A DNA stretch of 55,730 bases. Origin: Campylobacterales bacterium. GTDB taxonomy: Bacteria > Campylobacterota > Campylobacteria > Campylobacterales > JALSKU01. The DNA is taken from assembly GCA_027065125.1 (NCBI GenBank), contig JAMOOV010000046.1, positions 1-55,730 on the forward strand, in the 5' to 3' direction. The translations under genes were made by a program, and so were the position numbers. Positions 33,365 through 44,552 of the stretch are shown here, in pieces (the first letter of the stretch is position 1; each line of letters starts with the position of its first letter). The notes under the pieces were generated by a model. That model had not been told where the DNA came from, ran no database searches, and was given only the letters and a program-made list of their open reading frames with translations.

Positions 33365-34342
33365 TTATGCTTTTTGAAATATAGTTTTAATTATGTTGTT
33401 TGCAATAATTTTTTCATTAAAGCAAGTATGTGCCTTTTCCCAGCCTTTTTTTGCTATTTTTATTCTCTCTTTAGGATGAGATAGATAGTAATTAACTTTT
33501 TGCTTAAAATCTTTATTGTCTGAAAAGTAAACTATTTCATTATCGGTAAAAATTTTATTTAAGTTTGGTATTTTTGGAGAAAAAACCAATACCCCATTTG
33601 CCATTAAATGTATAATTCTATCTGAAGAGTACATGCTAATCTTATTGTTTCTGCTATAATTTATGCCTATTTTAGAAGAAGAGATGGTATCAAAATAATC
33701 ACTTCCGCTTATAATACTCATTTTATCTAAACCAAATAATCCAAGATTTAAATCAGGAAAAGCTTTTTTTATAAAATTTATAAAATTTTCTCGTTCTTTG
33801 TCATATCTACCTATAAATAATAGATCGTATTTATAATTTTTTTGCTCATAAGCTTTAAAAGTATCTATAGAACTATCACAAAAGTTTGGCAAATATTCGC
33901 ATTTATTGATAATATTTTCTTTTATATTTATTCTTTTTAGTTCATTAGGATCGCTGGTAATAAAAAAATTATCTATAATTTCCAATCTTGAGGATATGTT
34001 TTTTAAATTAAATACCCAATCAACCCACCACATTGCTATTTTTATATTTGGTTGTATTTCTTTGATTTTTAAAATAGTTTCATCTTTTATGAGTTCACTA
34101 TGTCCTAAAAGAAGTAAATCAGGTTTTATATTTGATATAGTTTTTATTAAAGCTTTATTCAATGGAGTAATGCCAAATTTTTTGCTTTTAAATATAGTGG
34201 CAAATTTGGCAATATTTCTATAACTAAAATTATAAACAAAATGTCCGTTTCTGATGAAACCGTTACTCATTTTTCTATCAATTGAATAATAAACCGATCC
34301 ATTTTTGGATTCGCTAAAATTTGCACAATGAACTATTTTCAT
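33365..34342 (-). CDS. Glycosyltransferase (CgeB/GT-B type)
   Basis: DLLFIGR, GINYSR, YSSDRI, IAKKG. Confidence 0.8.
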   Translation of the reverse strand: MKIVHCANFSESKNGSVYYSIDRKMSNGFIRNGHFVYNFSYRNIAKFATIFKSKKFGITPLNKALIKTISNIKPDLLLLGHSELIKDETILKIKEIQPNIKIAMWWVDWVFNLKNISSRLEIIDNFFITSDPNELKRINIKENIINKCEYLPNFCDSSIDTFKAYEQKNYKYDLLFIGRYDKERENFINFIKKAFPDLNLGLFGLDKMSIISGSDYFDTISSSKIGINYSRNNKISMYSSDRIIHLMANGVLVFSPKIPNLNKIFTDNEIVYFSDNKDFKQKVNYYLSHPKERIKIAKKGWEKAHTCFNEKIIANNIIKTIFQKA

Positions 34343-35328
34343 TTAATATCTTCTATTTTATTTACTAAAAAAAGTACCTGTTTTACTGTTATGTCTTCCA
34401 TGCATTCATGTTGTGTAGGGCATACTGTCTTATAACATGGATGGCATTTTATTGATTCTGAGGGTTTGATATACATATGTACTCCTTTGTAATTTTGAAA
34501 ACTGACACAATGCTTTATGTCAGTAGATCCAAAGATTGTTATAGTAGATGTTCCTACTCCAGCAGCGATATGAGAAGGTCCGCTGTCATTTCCTATATAT
34601 AAATCTGCTATTTTTAGTACATTTTTTAAATCATTTAAGTCTGTTTTGTCCACATAACTTATAATGTAATCTTTGCAATCCTCAAGTATAAATGCTTCAT
34701 CCTCTTTTTCAAGTTTACTTCCTATCAATACTATTCCGAATTGATTTTTAAGTTCCAATATAAGATCTCTATATTTTTCTTTTCCCCATTTTTTACTTTT
34801 CCATTTTTTACTTGATCCGGTAGATATAGCAATGATTTTCTTATCTTTAAATTTAGAATAAATATCTTTTTTGATGTTTGTGTTTTCTTTAAAAGGAAGA
34901 TTTACTAAAGAATTTTTTTTAAAATAATCATATATGATGTTTTCTTCTATATCACAAGATATAAGTAGTTCTTCTTTTGTTTTAGAATGAGTTTTAATTT
35001 TAAATATTTTTTGAATTAAATTAAATGATTTATTTACCGTTTTGTTTTTGTTAACAAAAAGATTTATATAGTGAGATGGCTTGTTGCATTGTAAATTAAT
35101 AACTAAATCAAACCTTTTTTTTGGAATTGATTTAATCGTATCAAAAAGACTTTTATGGATTATATACTCATCAAAATAATTACTATCTCCATACAATCCT
35201 TTTCCTATGTTGGTGGTTATAAAAGTTATATTTGCTTCTTTGTAAAAATATCTTATAGCTCTAAAAGTTGGCTCAAGTGTTACTAAATCACCAAGGGAGC
35301 TGAAACGAATGATAAGTATGTTTTTCAT
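34339..35328 (-). CDS. Glycosyltransferase family 9 (heptosyltransferase-like)
   Basis: [37 protein letters not shown]. Confidence 0.88.
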   Translation of the reverse strand: MKNILIIRFSSLGDLVTLEPTFRAIRYFYKEANITFITTNIGKGLYGDSNYFDEYIIHKSLFDTIKSIPKKRFDLVINLQCNKPSHYINLFVNKNKTVNKSFNLIQKIFKIKTHSKTKEELLISCDIEENIIYDYFKKNSLVNLPFKENTNIKKDIYSKFKDKKIIAISTGSSKKWKSKKWGKEKYRDLILELKNQFGIVLIGSKLEKEDEAFILEDCKDYIISYVDKTDLNDLKNVLKIADLYIGNDSGPSHIAAGVGTSTITIFGSTDIKHCVSFQNYKGVHMYIKPSESIKCHPCYKTVCPTQHECMEDITVKQVLFLVNKIEDIK

Positions 35329-36464
35329 AAATATTGCCTTAAAAAATCTACTATTTTTTCACTTGCCCTACCGTCTCCGTAAGGATTGTGAGCCTGACTC
35401 ATCTTTTCATACTCTTGTTTTTGATTTATGAGCTTTTGTGTCTCTTTTGCTATCTTATTTTTATCCGTTCCTACAAGCTTTACAGTTCCAGCTTCCAAAG
35501 CTTCGGGTCTTTCGGTGGTATTTCTCATAACAAGTACCGGTTTGCCAAGAGAGGGAGCTTCTTCTTGTACTCCTCCGCTATCGGTGATGATAAGGTATGA
35601 TCTGTCCATAAGATAGACAAACTCTTCATATCCAAGCGGTTCTATAAGGTAAATATTGTTGATATTTTTCAATATCGATTTTACCGGTTTTTGCACATTT
35701 GGATTTAGATGAACGGGATATATGATACTGAAATTTGGATTTTTTAGTGCTATCTCTTTCAAAGCTTCACATATATTGATAAATCCCTCTCCAAAGTTTT
35801 CTCTTCTGTGACCGGTAACCAAGATAACCTTGTGATCATCTTTGAGTGTTAAGTTTTGAGTTTTGAGTGTTGAGTTAATTTTGTTTTCTAATTCTCTGTT
35901 TGACTTGATTTTATCAAGAGCTAAAAATAGTGCATCTATAACGGTATTGCTGGTTATTATTATATTTTCCTCTTTTTTGTTTTCTTTTAAGAGATTTTTT
36001 TTGCTTGTAAGAGTGGGGGCAAAGTGATAGTTTGATAGAATGCCTGTTATTTGTCTGTTTGCCTCTTCCGGCCAAGGATTATATATATCCCAAGTTCTAA
36101 GTCCGGCTTCAATATGTCCAACTTTTATCTTTTGATAAAATGCCGCTAAACTTGCCGTGCTTGTTGTCGTGGTGTCTCCATGGACTAAAACTATATCGGG
36201 TTTAAACTCTTCTAATACTTTTTTTATATCTTGCAAAATATTTATCGTAATATCGTAAAGATCTTGCCCCTGTTTCATAATGTTTAGATCATAGTCCGGT
36301 TTTATCTCAAAAAGCTCTAAAACTTGATCCAGCATCTCTCTGTGCTGAGCGGTAACACATACTTTAGTATTAAATATTGTTGGATATTTTTTAAGCTCTT
36401 TGATAACAGGTGCCATTTTTATCGCTTCCGGACGAGTACCGAAAACTACTAAAATGCTCTTCAC
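35325..36464 (-). CDS. wecB: UDP-N-acetylglucosamine 2-epimerase (non-hydrolysing)
   Basis: [42 protein letters not shown]. Confidence 0.96.
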   Translation of the reverse strand: MKSILVVFGTRPEAIKMAPVIKELKKYPTIFNTKVCVTAQHREMLDQVLELFEIKPDYDLNIMKQGQDLYDITINILQDIKKVLEEFKPDIVLVHGDTTTTSTASLAAFYQKIKVGHIEAGLRTWDIYNPWPEEANRQITGILSNYHFAPTLTSKKNLLKENKKEENIIITSNTVIDALFLALDKIKSNRELENKINSTLKTQNLTLKDDHKVILVTGHRRENFGEGFINICEALKEIALKNPNFSIIYPVHLNPNVQKPVKSILKNINNIYLIEPLGYEEFVYLMDRSYLIITDSGGVQEEAPSLGKPVLVMRNTTERPEALEAGTVKLVGTDKNKIAKETQKLINQKQEYEKMSQAHNPYGDGRASEKIVDFLRQYL

Positions 36465-37558
36465 AAAATTTCCTTATAAGCTTCCAAAGTTTTTTTAGCG
36501 ATTATATCCCAACTAAACTCATTTTTTACTTTTTCATAAGAGTTTTTGCCCATAACTTTTAAATCCTTACCAAGTAAAATATCTATCTTATCTGCCAAAT
36601 CTTTCTCATCCTCTTTTTTACATAAAAATCCGTTTTTCCCATCTTCTATAAGATCAGGAATACCTCCGGTAATAGTCCCCACCAAAGGTAAAGATGCCGC
36701 CATAGCTTCAAGTCCGCTTATACTTGTAGCTTCCATGATGGAAGGAAGTATGGAAAAGTCGGCTGCACTATAGTATGGAATGATTTCATCATGTTTTTTG
36801 GAGCCAAGAAGTATATATCTATCTTCAAAATTTTTGGATAATTCCTCTTTTATCTTTGCAAAGTCTTCCCCGTCGCCTATAAAAAGAAGTTTTGCTTTTT
36901 TGTTTTTTATATATTTTGTTGCTTTTGCAAGGTATAATACTCCATTTTTCCAAACCATTCTTCTTGTTACAATGCCTACTATTTCATCATCTTTGATATT
37001 GAGTTTTTTTCTTAAAATAGCTCTTTTTTCTATATCTTTTTTATATTTGTCTATCTCTACACCGTTTGGGATATATCTCTTTTTTGCATGGATTTTAAAA
37101 GGAGTTTCTAAAAGCTCTTTGCTTGGAGCTAAAAAAAGATCAGGCTTTTGAAAAAGTTTTTTCATTAAAGCTACCCTATATCCGCCTTTTTTAATCCTTT
37201 TTAGATATCCGGAGGTGTGATTGGTATATACCAAGGGAGTATTTTTTATATCAAAAAACTCCAAAGGTCTCATCCCGTGAATATGGATAATGTCAAAGTT
37301 TTCTTTTTTGTTTAACTCTTTTGCAAAACTGTTTATCTGCATCCCGTATATAAATCCTATATATTTCAAATCAAATCTATATATTTTAAGTCCCTCAATC
37401 TCTTCATATCTTTTTTGTTTTTTATCTACTCTTTTGGTTGCTATACTGACACTGTTGCCAAGTTTTAAAAGAGCTTTGGAGAGTTCATAAACATGTGCAG
37501 ATATGCCTCCGACAGTAGGAGGAAAATCTAAACTTATCATCAAAATTTTTAAATGCAA
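36461..37558 (-). CDS. Glycosyltransferase family 4
   Basis: [26 protein letters not shown] (Ex7E). Confidence 0.88.
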   Translation of the reverse strand: MHLKILMISLDFPPTVGGISAHVYELSKALLKLGNSVSIATKRVDKKQKRYEEIEGLKIYRFDLKYIGFIYGMQINSFAKELNKKENFDIIHIHGMRPLEFFDIKNTPLVYTNHTSGYLKRIKKGGYRVALMKKLFQKPDLFLAPSKELLETPFKIHAKKRYIPNGVEIDKYKKDIEKRAILRKKLNIKDDEIVGIVTRRMVWKNGVLYLAKATKYIKNKKAKLLFIGDGEDFAKIKEELSKNFEDRYILLGSKKHDEIIPYYSAADFSILPSIMEATSISGLEAMAASLPLVGTITGGIPDLIEDGKNGFLCKKEDEKDLADKIDILLGKDLKVMGKNSYEKVKNEFSWDIIAKKTLEAYKEIL

Positions 37559-37581
37559 TTTTTATATGTCCTTATCTTTTT

Positions 37582-38019
37582 TTACAACTTTTCAAGTTCT
37601 TTTACAACAAAATCAAGATAGTGATTGTCCTCTATAAAAGCTTCTATTAACTCTTGTTTTGTTTTTGGCTCTATGTTTTTTATAAGTTCTAAAATAATTT
37701 TTATAAAATCATTTAAATCTTTATGTATAAGGTTCCAAATTCTATCTTTATCTATTCCAAAATATTCATGGGCAATATAATTTCTAAAATCCACAACTAT
37801 TTGATACTCTTTTTCTATGAGTTTGTCTCGAAGCAGATATTTACTCGCTTCTCCTATGATCTCAAACTCTCTTATAATTGTATCCCATGAGCGAAAATCA
37901 TAAAGTAGGTCTTGGATGTTGTCAAAATCTTTTACTACCTCTTTTATCTTTAGACTTGCTATATAGATGTCAAATACAAACATACCTATAGGTCTATCTA
38001 TTTTATTTATATCAAACAT
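37582..38019 (-). CDS. HepT-like HEPN ribonuclease toxin (DUF86)
   Basis: FEIIGEA and RNYIAHEY (Rx4HxY). Confidence 0.85.
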   Translation of the reverse strand: MFDINKIDRPIGMFVFDIYIASLKIKEVVKDFDNIQDLLYDFRSWDTIIREFEIIGEASKYLLRDKLIEKEYQIVVDFRNYIAHEYFGIDKDRIWNLIHKDLNDFIKIILELIKNIEPKTKQELIEAFIEDNHYLDFVVKELEKL

Positions 38020-38299
38020 AGATAAAATCCTTTTTTATTCTGTTTTTTATAAAAGTTTTCATACTGTTAAAATCTCCAATATCAACACTTTTATTTAGTC
38101 TGTCCTCTAAAAAACTTTTAGCCCTTAAAAGCAAAAAAAAGCTTTTTTTGTTATCTTTTAGTATGGCGATATCCACATCACTATCTTCTGTGTCGCAGCC
38201 TTTGGCAACACTGCCGAAAACCGCAAACTCTTCTATGCCGTATCTCTCTTTTAGTATCGGTTTTAACTCTCTGAGTTTTTCTATGATCTCTTTATTCAT
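38012..38299 (-). CDS. MntA-like minimal nucleotidyltransferase antitoxin
   Basis: FGSVAKG...SDVDI (GSx10DxD), 95 aa, overlaps HEPN gene. Confidence 0.88.
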   Translation of the reverse strand: MNKEIIEKLRELKPILKERYGIEEFAVFGSVAKGCDTEDSDVDIAILKDNKKSFFLLLRAKSFLEDRLNKSVDIGDFNSMKTFIKNRIKKDFIYV

Positions 38300-39390
38300 G
38301 ATCTCTTCTCCAAAATGAGATTTTTATACACCTCTACCGTTTTTTCTACCATATTTTCAAGCGAAAAGTTCTCTTTTATATACTCAAATCCGTCAAATTT
38401 CAACTCTTTTGCTTTTATGATTTTTTCTGCCAACTCTTTGTGATCTCCTATGCTAAAAAAGTATCCGTTTTTATTTTTTTGTATTATATCTAAAACTCCG
38501 CCATGATTGGTAGCAATGACGGGAGTGTTTAGTGCCAAAGCTTCGGCTACACTTCTTCCGAAACTTTCGGGTTTTTTCGAGCCGCTTACCACCACATCGC
38601 TTATATGGTATATTTCCGCTACTTTTGAGATGCTTCCTGTAAAGATGATATTTGCCTTTAACTCTTTTGAGAGATTTTTCAGAGAGTTAAAATACTCCTT
38701 TTTATCCTCTCTTGCTCCGCCTACTACCAAACCTTTTATAGAGGAATAATCTTTTTGAAGCAATGATATAGCTTTTATGAAAGTTTCGATATCTTTTAGC
38801 TGAGTTATTCTACCCACCGTAGAGACCGTGAAACTGTCTTTTAAGCCGTATTTATCTATAAATTTATCCATAAAGGCAATATCAATATTTTTAGGATTGA
38901 ATTTTTTTAGATCCACTCCTCTTGGTATAACGGTTATCTTTTGTTCGGGTGTGTCGTAGTGTTTTTGTATATACTCTTTTATGGCGGTGCTGACACATAT
39001 CACTTTGTCGGCTTTTGTCATAATTTTGCTATAAAAACTCACACTGTTAAAGCCGTGAACGGTGGATACAATAGGGATATGTAAACTATTGTTTGCAAAG
39101 TGGGTCAGCCATGCCGGAACTCTGCTTCTGACATGTAAAATATCGGGCTTTATCTCTTTTAAGATTTTTCTCAAACCCATCGCTCTATACGGAGCATTTA
39201 GGGGATTTTTGCTACAAATATCATATTTTATATGTTTTGCTCCATCGTTTTCTATCTCTTTTGCCAATTTTCCGCCGTTACTTATGACTATGGAGCTAAA
39301 TCCTCTTTTTATCAGCTCTCTTGAGAGTTCCACAACTCCTCTCTCGACTCCGCCTTCATTGAGTTCGGGTAAAAGTTGCACCACTTTCAT
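38296..39390 (-). CDS. Glycosyltransferase family 4
   Basis: GGVERG, HVRSRVPAW, GRITQLK, ESFGRSVAEA. Confidence 0.88.
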   Translation of the reverse strand: MKVVQLLPELNEGGVERGVVELSRELIKRGFSSIVISNGGKLAKEIENDGAKHIKYDICSKNPLNAPYRAMGLRKILKEIKPDILHVRSRVPAWLTHFANNSLHIPIVSTVHGFNSVSFYSKIMTKADKVICVSTAIKEYIQKHYDTPEQKITVIPRGVDLKKFNPKNIDIAFMDKFIDKYGLKDSFTVSTVGRITQLKDIETFIKAISLLQKDYSSIKGLVVGGAREDKKEYFNSLKNLSKELKANIIFTGSISKVAEIYHISDVVVSGSKKPESFGRSVAEALALNTPVIATNHGGVLDIIQKNKNGYFFSIGDHKELAEKIIKAKELKFDGFEYIKENFSLENMVEKTVEVYKNLILEKRS

Positions 39391-40238
39391 AGATTGATCC
39401 TCTCAAGATATGGCTTGTAGTCGAATTTGCCCTTTAACTGCTCTACATTTTTAGCAAGTTTGTGATATTTGGTATCTTTTATTTTACTTTCAAGCTCTAT
39501 AATGTGAAGGTTTGCACTGCTGTTTGCTTTTATCTCGCTAAGCATAGAGGTGGAATCCATAGTAACATATATGTCTCTGCAACTCTTTAAAAAGTAGGGT
39601 ATCGGGTTGATGTCGGGAGTTTTAGAATATATAATCTTGTAGTCAAAATCATAGCTTTCTATAAGCTCTTCTATCTCTTTTGGAGTTCTTCGGGAAGTAG
39701 TTACGAACTTTTTTTTATGAGGAAACTTTGTAAATATCTCATCCAAAACCCTTTTTATATCATCTTTTTGCATGGAAAATATCTTATTATCTCCTCCTAT
39801 GACAATCCCTATGCCATCTTTTGTGTCTATTTTGTTATCGGTTTTGTCATCTATGTATGATAGATTGACGGGTATGGTTATGATATTGTTTAGATTTGGC
39901 GGATTGTCGTGGCTTTGGGCTACGATATAGTCGAAGTCTTTGTATCTAAAACCTTTTGGTAGCATTATGGCTACCGATTTGACTTTTAGTTTTTTTGATA
40001 AAGCTTTGTTTAGATAGTAGGTGGCCGAACCAGCAGATACAACGGCTTTATACCTCTTTTTTGGGATTTTCGGTAGTAAAAAAGAGGGGTAAAATCGTAA
40101 AAAATCAAAAATATATGTTAAAAACTTATAATTGTTTTTGATATCGACAATGTCATAATCCAACCCTTTTAATTTGCAAAATGCAATAGATTGGTTTAGG
40201 TGACCCGCTTTTTGATCGCTTAAAATAAGAGTTTTCAA
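39387..40238 (-). CDS. ELM1/GtrOC1-family putative glycosyltransferase
   Basis: LSDQKAGHLNQS, IGG, TTSRRTP, INP, VTMDSTSMLSE; probable TTG start at 40238 overlapping lpxL stop. Confidence 0.78.
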   Translation of the reverse strand: MKTLILSDQKAGHLNQSIAFCKLKGLDYDIVDIKNNYKFLTYIFDFLRFYPSFLLPKIPKKRYKAVVSAGSATYYLNKALSKKLKVKSVAIMLPKGFRYKDFDYIVAQSHDNPPNLNNIITIPVNLSYIDDKTDNKIDTKDGIGIVIGGDNKIFSMQKDDIKRVLDEIFTKFPHKKKFVTTSRRTPKEIEELIESYDFDYKIIYSKTPDINPIPYFLKSCRDIYVTMDSTSMLSEIKANSSANLHIIELESKIKDTKYHKLAKNVEQLKGKFDYKPYLERINL

Positions 40239-41119
40239 ATAGCCAATCTCCAGCGATTGTGCATCCAAAACCACTGCTCGGGATATTTTCTTATAACGGT
40301 TTCTAAAATATCGTTATATTTTTGAGTCATTTTGGCTATTTTATCCTTTTCGTTTTCGCACTCATCGGCTATATACTCCACAGGCTCGAAAATCTCTATT
40401 TTATATTTTCCATCTTTTTCTCTTATGGCAAATGTGGGTATGATGAGGGGATTGTATTTTAGCTTTAAAAAGGCTATCGTGCTTACCGTATCGGCGGGAT
40501 GAGAAAAAAAGTTTACTTTGATACTACTGCTTCCGCCTGCTTTTTGATCCGCCATAAATCCTATATTTTTTGATCTTTTAAGAGTTTTTACCATGGAGAT
40601 GAGAGCATTTTTTTTATATACATTTTTATTGCCATATTTTTCTCTAAACGGGGTTGTAAAATGGTTTTCTATCAGTTCGTTGTTGCCTTTTCTGCCTATC
40701 ACTATCATAGGATAGCCGTTTTTTGCCAAAAAGTGAGCCATCAATTCCCAATTGCCAAAATGTCCGGTTACAAATATGATGCCTCTATCAAGCTCTAAAT
40801 TATCAAGTTTTTTCATGACTTCATCTTTGTTCGTTATCATACTGTCCAAATCTAATTTGTCATTTATCATAAATAGTATTTCGCTTACCGTGATAGCTAC
40901 ATTTTCATAGGCTTGTACGGCAAGTTTTCGTATCTCTTTGTCATCCTTCTCTTTAAATGCAAGAGAGAGATTTTTTAGAGTTAGTTCTCTTCTTCTTTTT
41001 TCAAAATTAAATATAGTTCTTGAGATAAATTTCATAAGCGAATATGCAAAGTTTTGAGGTAGCAAATTGGCTACATACACAAGAAATTTGACGGCAAAAT
41101 ACTCTAATTTATCTTTCAT
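40235..41119 (-). CDS. lpxL: Lipid A late acyltransferase (LpxL/HtrB family)
   Basis: TGHFGNWE, ADQ, YPEQWFWMHNRW. Confidence 0.9.
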   Translation of the reverse strand: MKDKLEYFAVKFLVYVANLLPQNFAYSLMKFISRTIFNFEKRRRELTLKNLSLAFKEKDDKEIRKLAVQAYENVAITVSEILFMINDKLDLDSMITNKDEVMKKLDNLELDRGIIFVTGHFGNWELMAHFLAKNGYPMIVIGRKGNNELIENHFTTPFREKYGNKNVYKKNALISMVKTLKRSKNIGFMADQKAGGSSSIKVNFFSHPADTVSTIAFLKLKYNPLIIPTFAIREKDGKYKIEIFEPVEYIADECENEKDKIAKMTQKYNDILETVIRKYPEQWFWMHNRWRLAI

Positions 41120-41188
41120 AGGTTAACTAATCTCACTTTTACCCTTTTTTAGATACAATTATATCAAATTTAGCCAAAAAGAAGATAA

Positions 41189-41968
41189 ATGATATGTGTA
41201 TTTGATTGTGAAACTATTCCTGATGTTGAGCTTGTCAAGAGTGAATTTGCTCTTGAGGGCGATTCTTTGGAAATTACCAACGAAGCTTTTAGATTGCAAG
41301 AGGAAAAAAGCGGATACTCGTTTTTGCCTATCCCTTTTCATCAAGTAGTTGCTATATCCGCCGTTATTTGCGATGATTTCGGTAAGTTTCAAAAAGTTAG
41401 CTCCATAGAGGGGGAGAGCGAAAAGCAGATGATAGAGAATTTTCTAAATTTTATAGATAAAAAAGAGCCTAAGCTTGTTAGTTTCAACGGCAGGGCTTTT
41501 GATATGCCGATGCTTATGATAAGAGCTATGAAATACAATCTCTCCTGCTTTGCATATTTTGAAAAAGACAATCGCGATACAAATAAAAGCAAATGGGACA
41601 ATTACCGCTCAAGATATAGCGATAGATTTCATGTCGATTTGATGGATCATATAGGGGAGTTCGGAGCGGTTAGGGGCTTAAAGCTTGATCTATTATGTAA
41701 AATGGCGGGACTTCCCGGAAAATATGATGTGCATGGCGATGAGGTAAGTGAGCTTTACTATACAAATGAGCTTAAAAAGATAAAGGAGTATTGCGAAAGC
41801 GATGTTTTAAACACCTATTGGCTATATCTAAAGTATGAGCTTTTAAAAGGCAATATAACCAAAGAGGAGTATTTTGATAATCTTATGATTTTTAAAGAAG
41901 CTTTGAATGATAAAAAGTCGTATGCTAAAGTGTTTAAAGAGTATTTGGATAGGGAGATGGGTTTGTGA
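41189..41968 (+). CDS. PolB-like 3'-5' exonuclease family protein (WlaX-like)
   Basis: VFDCETIPD, FNGRAFDMP, YCESDV (DEDDy); conserved flank of Campylobacterota LOS loci. Confidence 0.82.
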   Translation: MICVFDCETIPDVELVKSEFALEGDSLEITNEAFRLQEEKSGYSFLPIPFHQVVAISAVICDDFGKFQKVSSIEGESEKQMIENFLNFIDKKEPKLVSFNGRAFDMPMLMIRAMKYNLSCFAYFEKDNRDTNKSKWDNYRSRYSDRFHVDLMDHIGEFGAVRGLKLDLLCKMAGLPGKYDVHGDEVSELYYTNELKKIKEYCESDVLNTYWLYLKYELLKGNITKEEYFDNLMIFKEALNDKKSYAKVFKEYLDREMGL

Positions 41969-42582
41969 AGACAGGTATAGTCGATTATAATATGGGCAAC
42001 TTAAGCAGTGTGAAAAATGCTTTTTTAAAATATGGGATAGAGGTGCAAGTTGAAGGAGATGCGAACAGTTTAAAAGAGTTTGATAAGCTTATACTTCCCG
42101 GAGTAGGAGCTTTCGGGGATGCTATGGAGCATCTAAAAGAGAGAGGGCTTGACGAGGCGGTAAAGGAGTTTGCCAAAAGTGGCAAACCTCTGCTTGGGAT
42201 TTGTCTTGGCATGCAACTTCTTTTTGATAAAAGCGAAGAGTTTGGTTCTCATTTGGGGCTTGGTTTGGTACCCGGGGAGGTAAGATTTTTTGATAAATCA
42301 AAGTTTCAAAAAAGGCTTAAGATACCCCACATGGGATGGAATAAACTTTTTAAACAAAAAAACTCTCCTCTTTTGAAAGGTTTGGAAGAGAGTTTTTATC
42401 TATATTTCGTCCACTCTTATCATGCCGTTTGCGATGATAGATATGCCATAGGTAAAACTTTTTACGGATATGAGTTTGCAAGTGCAGTACAAAAAGAGAA
42501 TGTTTACGGTTTTCAACCACATCCCGAAAAGTCACATAACAATGGACTAAAAATCATAGAAAATTTTATAAAGGAAGTATAG
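41965..42582 (+). CDS. hisH: Imidazole glycerol phosphate synthase glutaminase subunit
   Basis: PGVGAF, GICLGMQ, PHMGWN, FVHSY, QPHPEKS. Confidence 0.96.
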   Translation: MKTGIVDYNMGNLSSVKNAFLKYGIEVQVEGDANSLKEFDKLILPGVGAFGDAMEHLKERGLDEAVKEFAKSGKPLLGICLGMQLLFDKSEEFGSHLGLGLVPGEVRFFDKSKFQKRLKIPHMGWNKLFKQKNSPLLKGLEESFYLYFVHSYHAVCDDRYAIGKTFYGYEFASAVQKENVYGFQPHPEKSHNNGLKIIENFIKEV

Positions 42583-43289
42583 TGGATATTTTACCCGCCA
42601 TTGATTTAAAAGATGGAAAAGCCGTGAGGCTCAGCAAAGGTCTTATGGATAGTGCAAAGATATATAGCGACGAGCCTTGGGAGGTAGCAAAAAGCTTTGA
42701 AGAGATGGGAAGTAGATGGGTTCATCTTGTGGATCTAAACGGAGCTTTTGCGGGAGAGCCTAAAAATTTGGAGCAAATTAAAAAAATACGAAAAAATACC
42801 GATTTAAAGTTGGAACTTGGCGGAGGCATAAGAGATGAAGAGACGATAAAGATGTATCTTGATCTCGGAGTAAACAGAGTAATACTCGGCTCGATAGCTC
42901 TTAAACAGCCTGATTTTGTCAAAGATATGGCAAAAAAGTATCCTATCGTGGTAGGTATAGATGCTATTGAGGGCATGGTTGCCGTGGAGGGTTGGGCTGA
43001 AGTTAGCGATATGAGAGCTACTGATTTGGCAAAAGAGTTTGCAAAAGCAGGAGTGGAAGCCATCATTTGTACCGATATAAGCAAAGATGGTATGCTTAGC
43101 GGTGTAAATGTAAGGTTTACCGAAGAGATTTATGAAGCAAGCGGGGTAGATACCATTGCAAGCGGAGGAGTTAAAGACATAGAAGATATCATAAAGTGCA
43201 AAGAAAGCGGTAAAATAGCGGGTGTGATAGTTGGAAAAGCTTTTTATGAAGGTAAGATAGACTTAAAAAAAGCATTTAAAGTAATCTAA
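42582..43289 (+). CDS. hisA: ProFAR isomerase
   Basis: [38 protein letters not shown]. Confidence 0.96.
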   Translation: MDILPAIDLKDGKAVRLSKGLMDSAKIYSDEPWEVAKSFEEMGSRWVHLVDLNGAFAGEPKNLEQIKKIRKNTDLKLELGGGIRDEETIKMYLDLGVNRVILGSIALKQPDFVKDMAKKYPIVVGIDAIEGMVAVEGWAEVSDMRATDLAKEFAKAGVEAIICTDISKDGMLSGVNVRFTEEIYEASGVDTIASGGVKDIEDIIKCKESGKIAGVIVGKAFYEGKIDLKKAFKVI

Positions 43290-43352
43290 AACTAAAATAA
43301 GATAAAATTAAAAAAAATTAGTTACCAAAATACTAAAATAAAAGGAAAAACA

Positions 43353-43718
43353 TTGAAGCTTTTAGTAGTAGACGACAGCTCAACTATGAGAAGGATTATA
43401 AAAAATACTCTTGCAAGAATAGGACATAAAGATGTACTTGAAGCAGAGCATGGTCTTGAGGCATGGAAAATTATGCAGGAAAATTCTGATATTGATGTGC
43501 TTATAACTGATTGGAATATGCCTGAAATGAATGGACTTGAACTTGTCAAAAAGGTTAGGGCAGAAAGTAAATACGAAGATCTTCCTATTATAATGGTAAC
43601 AACTGAAGGCGGTAAAAAAGAGGTTATAACTGCACTTAAGGCAGGAGTTAATAACTATATTGTCAAACCTTTTACACCACAAGTTTTAAAAGAGAAGCTT
43701 GAAGATGTATTGGGTTGA
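43353..43718 (+). CDS. cheY: Chemotaxis response regulator
   Basis: VVDDSSTMRRI, TDWNMPEMNG, KPFT; cheY-prmA-ftsH synteny. Confidence 0.93.
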   Translation: MKLLVVDDSSTMRRIIKNTLARIGHKDVLEAEHGLEAWKIMQENSDIDVLITDWNMPEMNGLELVKKVRAESKYEDLPIIMVTTEGGKKEVITALKAGVNNYIVKPFTPQVLKEKLEDVLG

Positions 43719-43721
43719 TAT

Positions 43722-44552
43722 ATGCTTGAAACTTATAATGAACTTCTCGTAACTCCTTCAAAATATTTTCAACTTTTTTGTGATTTTATACTTGAGCTTG
43801 GAGTAGATGCGATAGAAGAGCAGAATGGTTCCATAATCGTTAGAAGTGAAGAGGATTTAAGTGAAATTAAGTTCGGAGTGGAAGAATTTGCCAAAAAACT
43901 TTCGAATGCTGTGAGTGAAAAAGTCGATGTTTCTCAAATTTTAACACAAAAAGAAAATATCGATTGGATTGAAAAATATAAAAATTCTATTCAGCCTGTT
44001 GAAATTGGAAAATTTTATATCCACCCTACTTGGGAAGATGACAAAGAAAAGTTTATTAATATTTTGATTGATCCCGCTTTAAGCTTTGGGACCGGACATC
44101 ACGAAAGTACTTCATCTTGCTTGGAGATCATAGGGGATATTGTTAAGGAAAAAGACACAGTTTTGGATGTTGGTTGTGGTAGCGGCATACTCTCTATAGC
44201 TGCTGCAAAGCTTGGTGCCTTAGTTGATCTATGTGATACTGATCCTTTAAGTGTGAAGAGTGCAAAAAAGAATTTTGAATTAAATCATGTTGCACATAAC
44301 AATATTTGGGAAGGTTCGGCAAATTTTGCACAAGAAAAATATGATACTGTTATAGCCAATATTGTGGCAGATGTTCTTGTTATGATAAGTGGAGATTTGA
44401 AAAAAGCTGTAAAGCAAAATGGCAATCTGATATTATCAGGGATATTGGATAAATATTTGGATAAAATATTATTAAAATATAATGATTTTCAAATCATGAA
44501 AAATATTAAAAAAGGGGAGTGGATAACTCTTCATTTAAAAAAGGGAAAATAG
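43722..44552 (+). CDS. prmA: Ribosomal protein L11 methyltransferase
   Basis: IDPALSFGTGHHEST, LDVGCGSGILS, ANI, LSGI. Confidence 0.95.
   Translation: MLETYNELLVTPSKYFQLFCDFILELGVDAIEEQNGSIIVRSEEDLSEIKFGVEEFAKKLSNAVSEKVDVSQILTQKENIDWIEKYKNSIQPVEIGKFYIHPTWEDDKEKFINILIDPALSFGTGHHESTSSCLEIIGDIVKEKDTVLDVGCGSGILSIAAAKLGALVDLCDTDPLSVKSAKKNFELNHVAHNNIWEGSANFAQEKYDTVIANIVADVLVMISGDLKKAVKQNGNLILSGILDKYLDKILLKYNDFQIMKNIKKGEWITLHLKKGK

Noticed and set aside
23688-41119. Poly-G/C phase-variation tracts in glycan genes
   Set aside because: No long G/C run seen; A/T runs of 7-9 are ubiquitous background.
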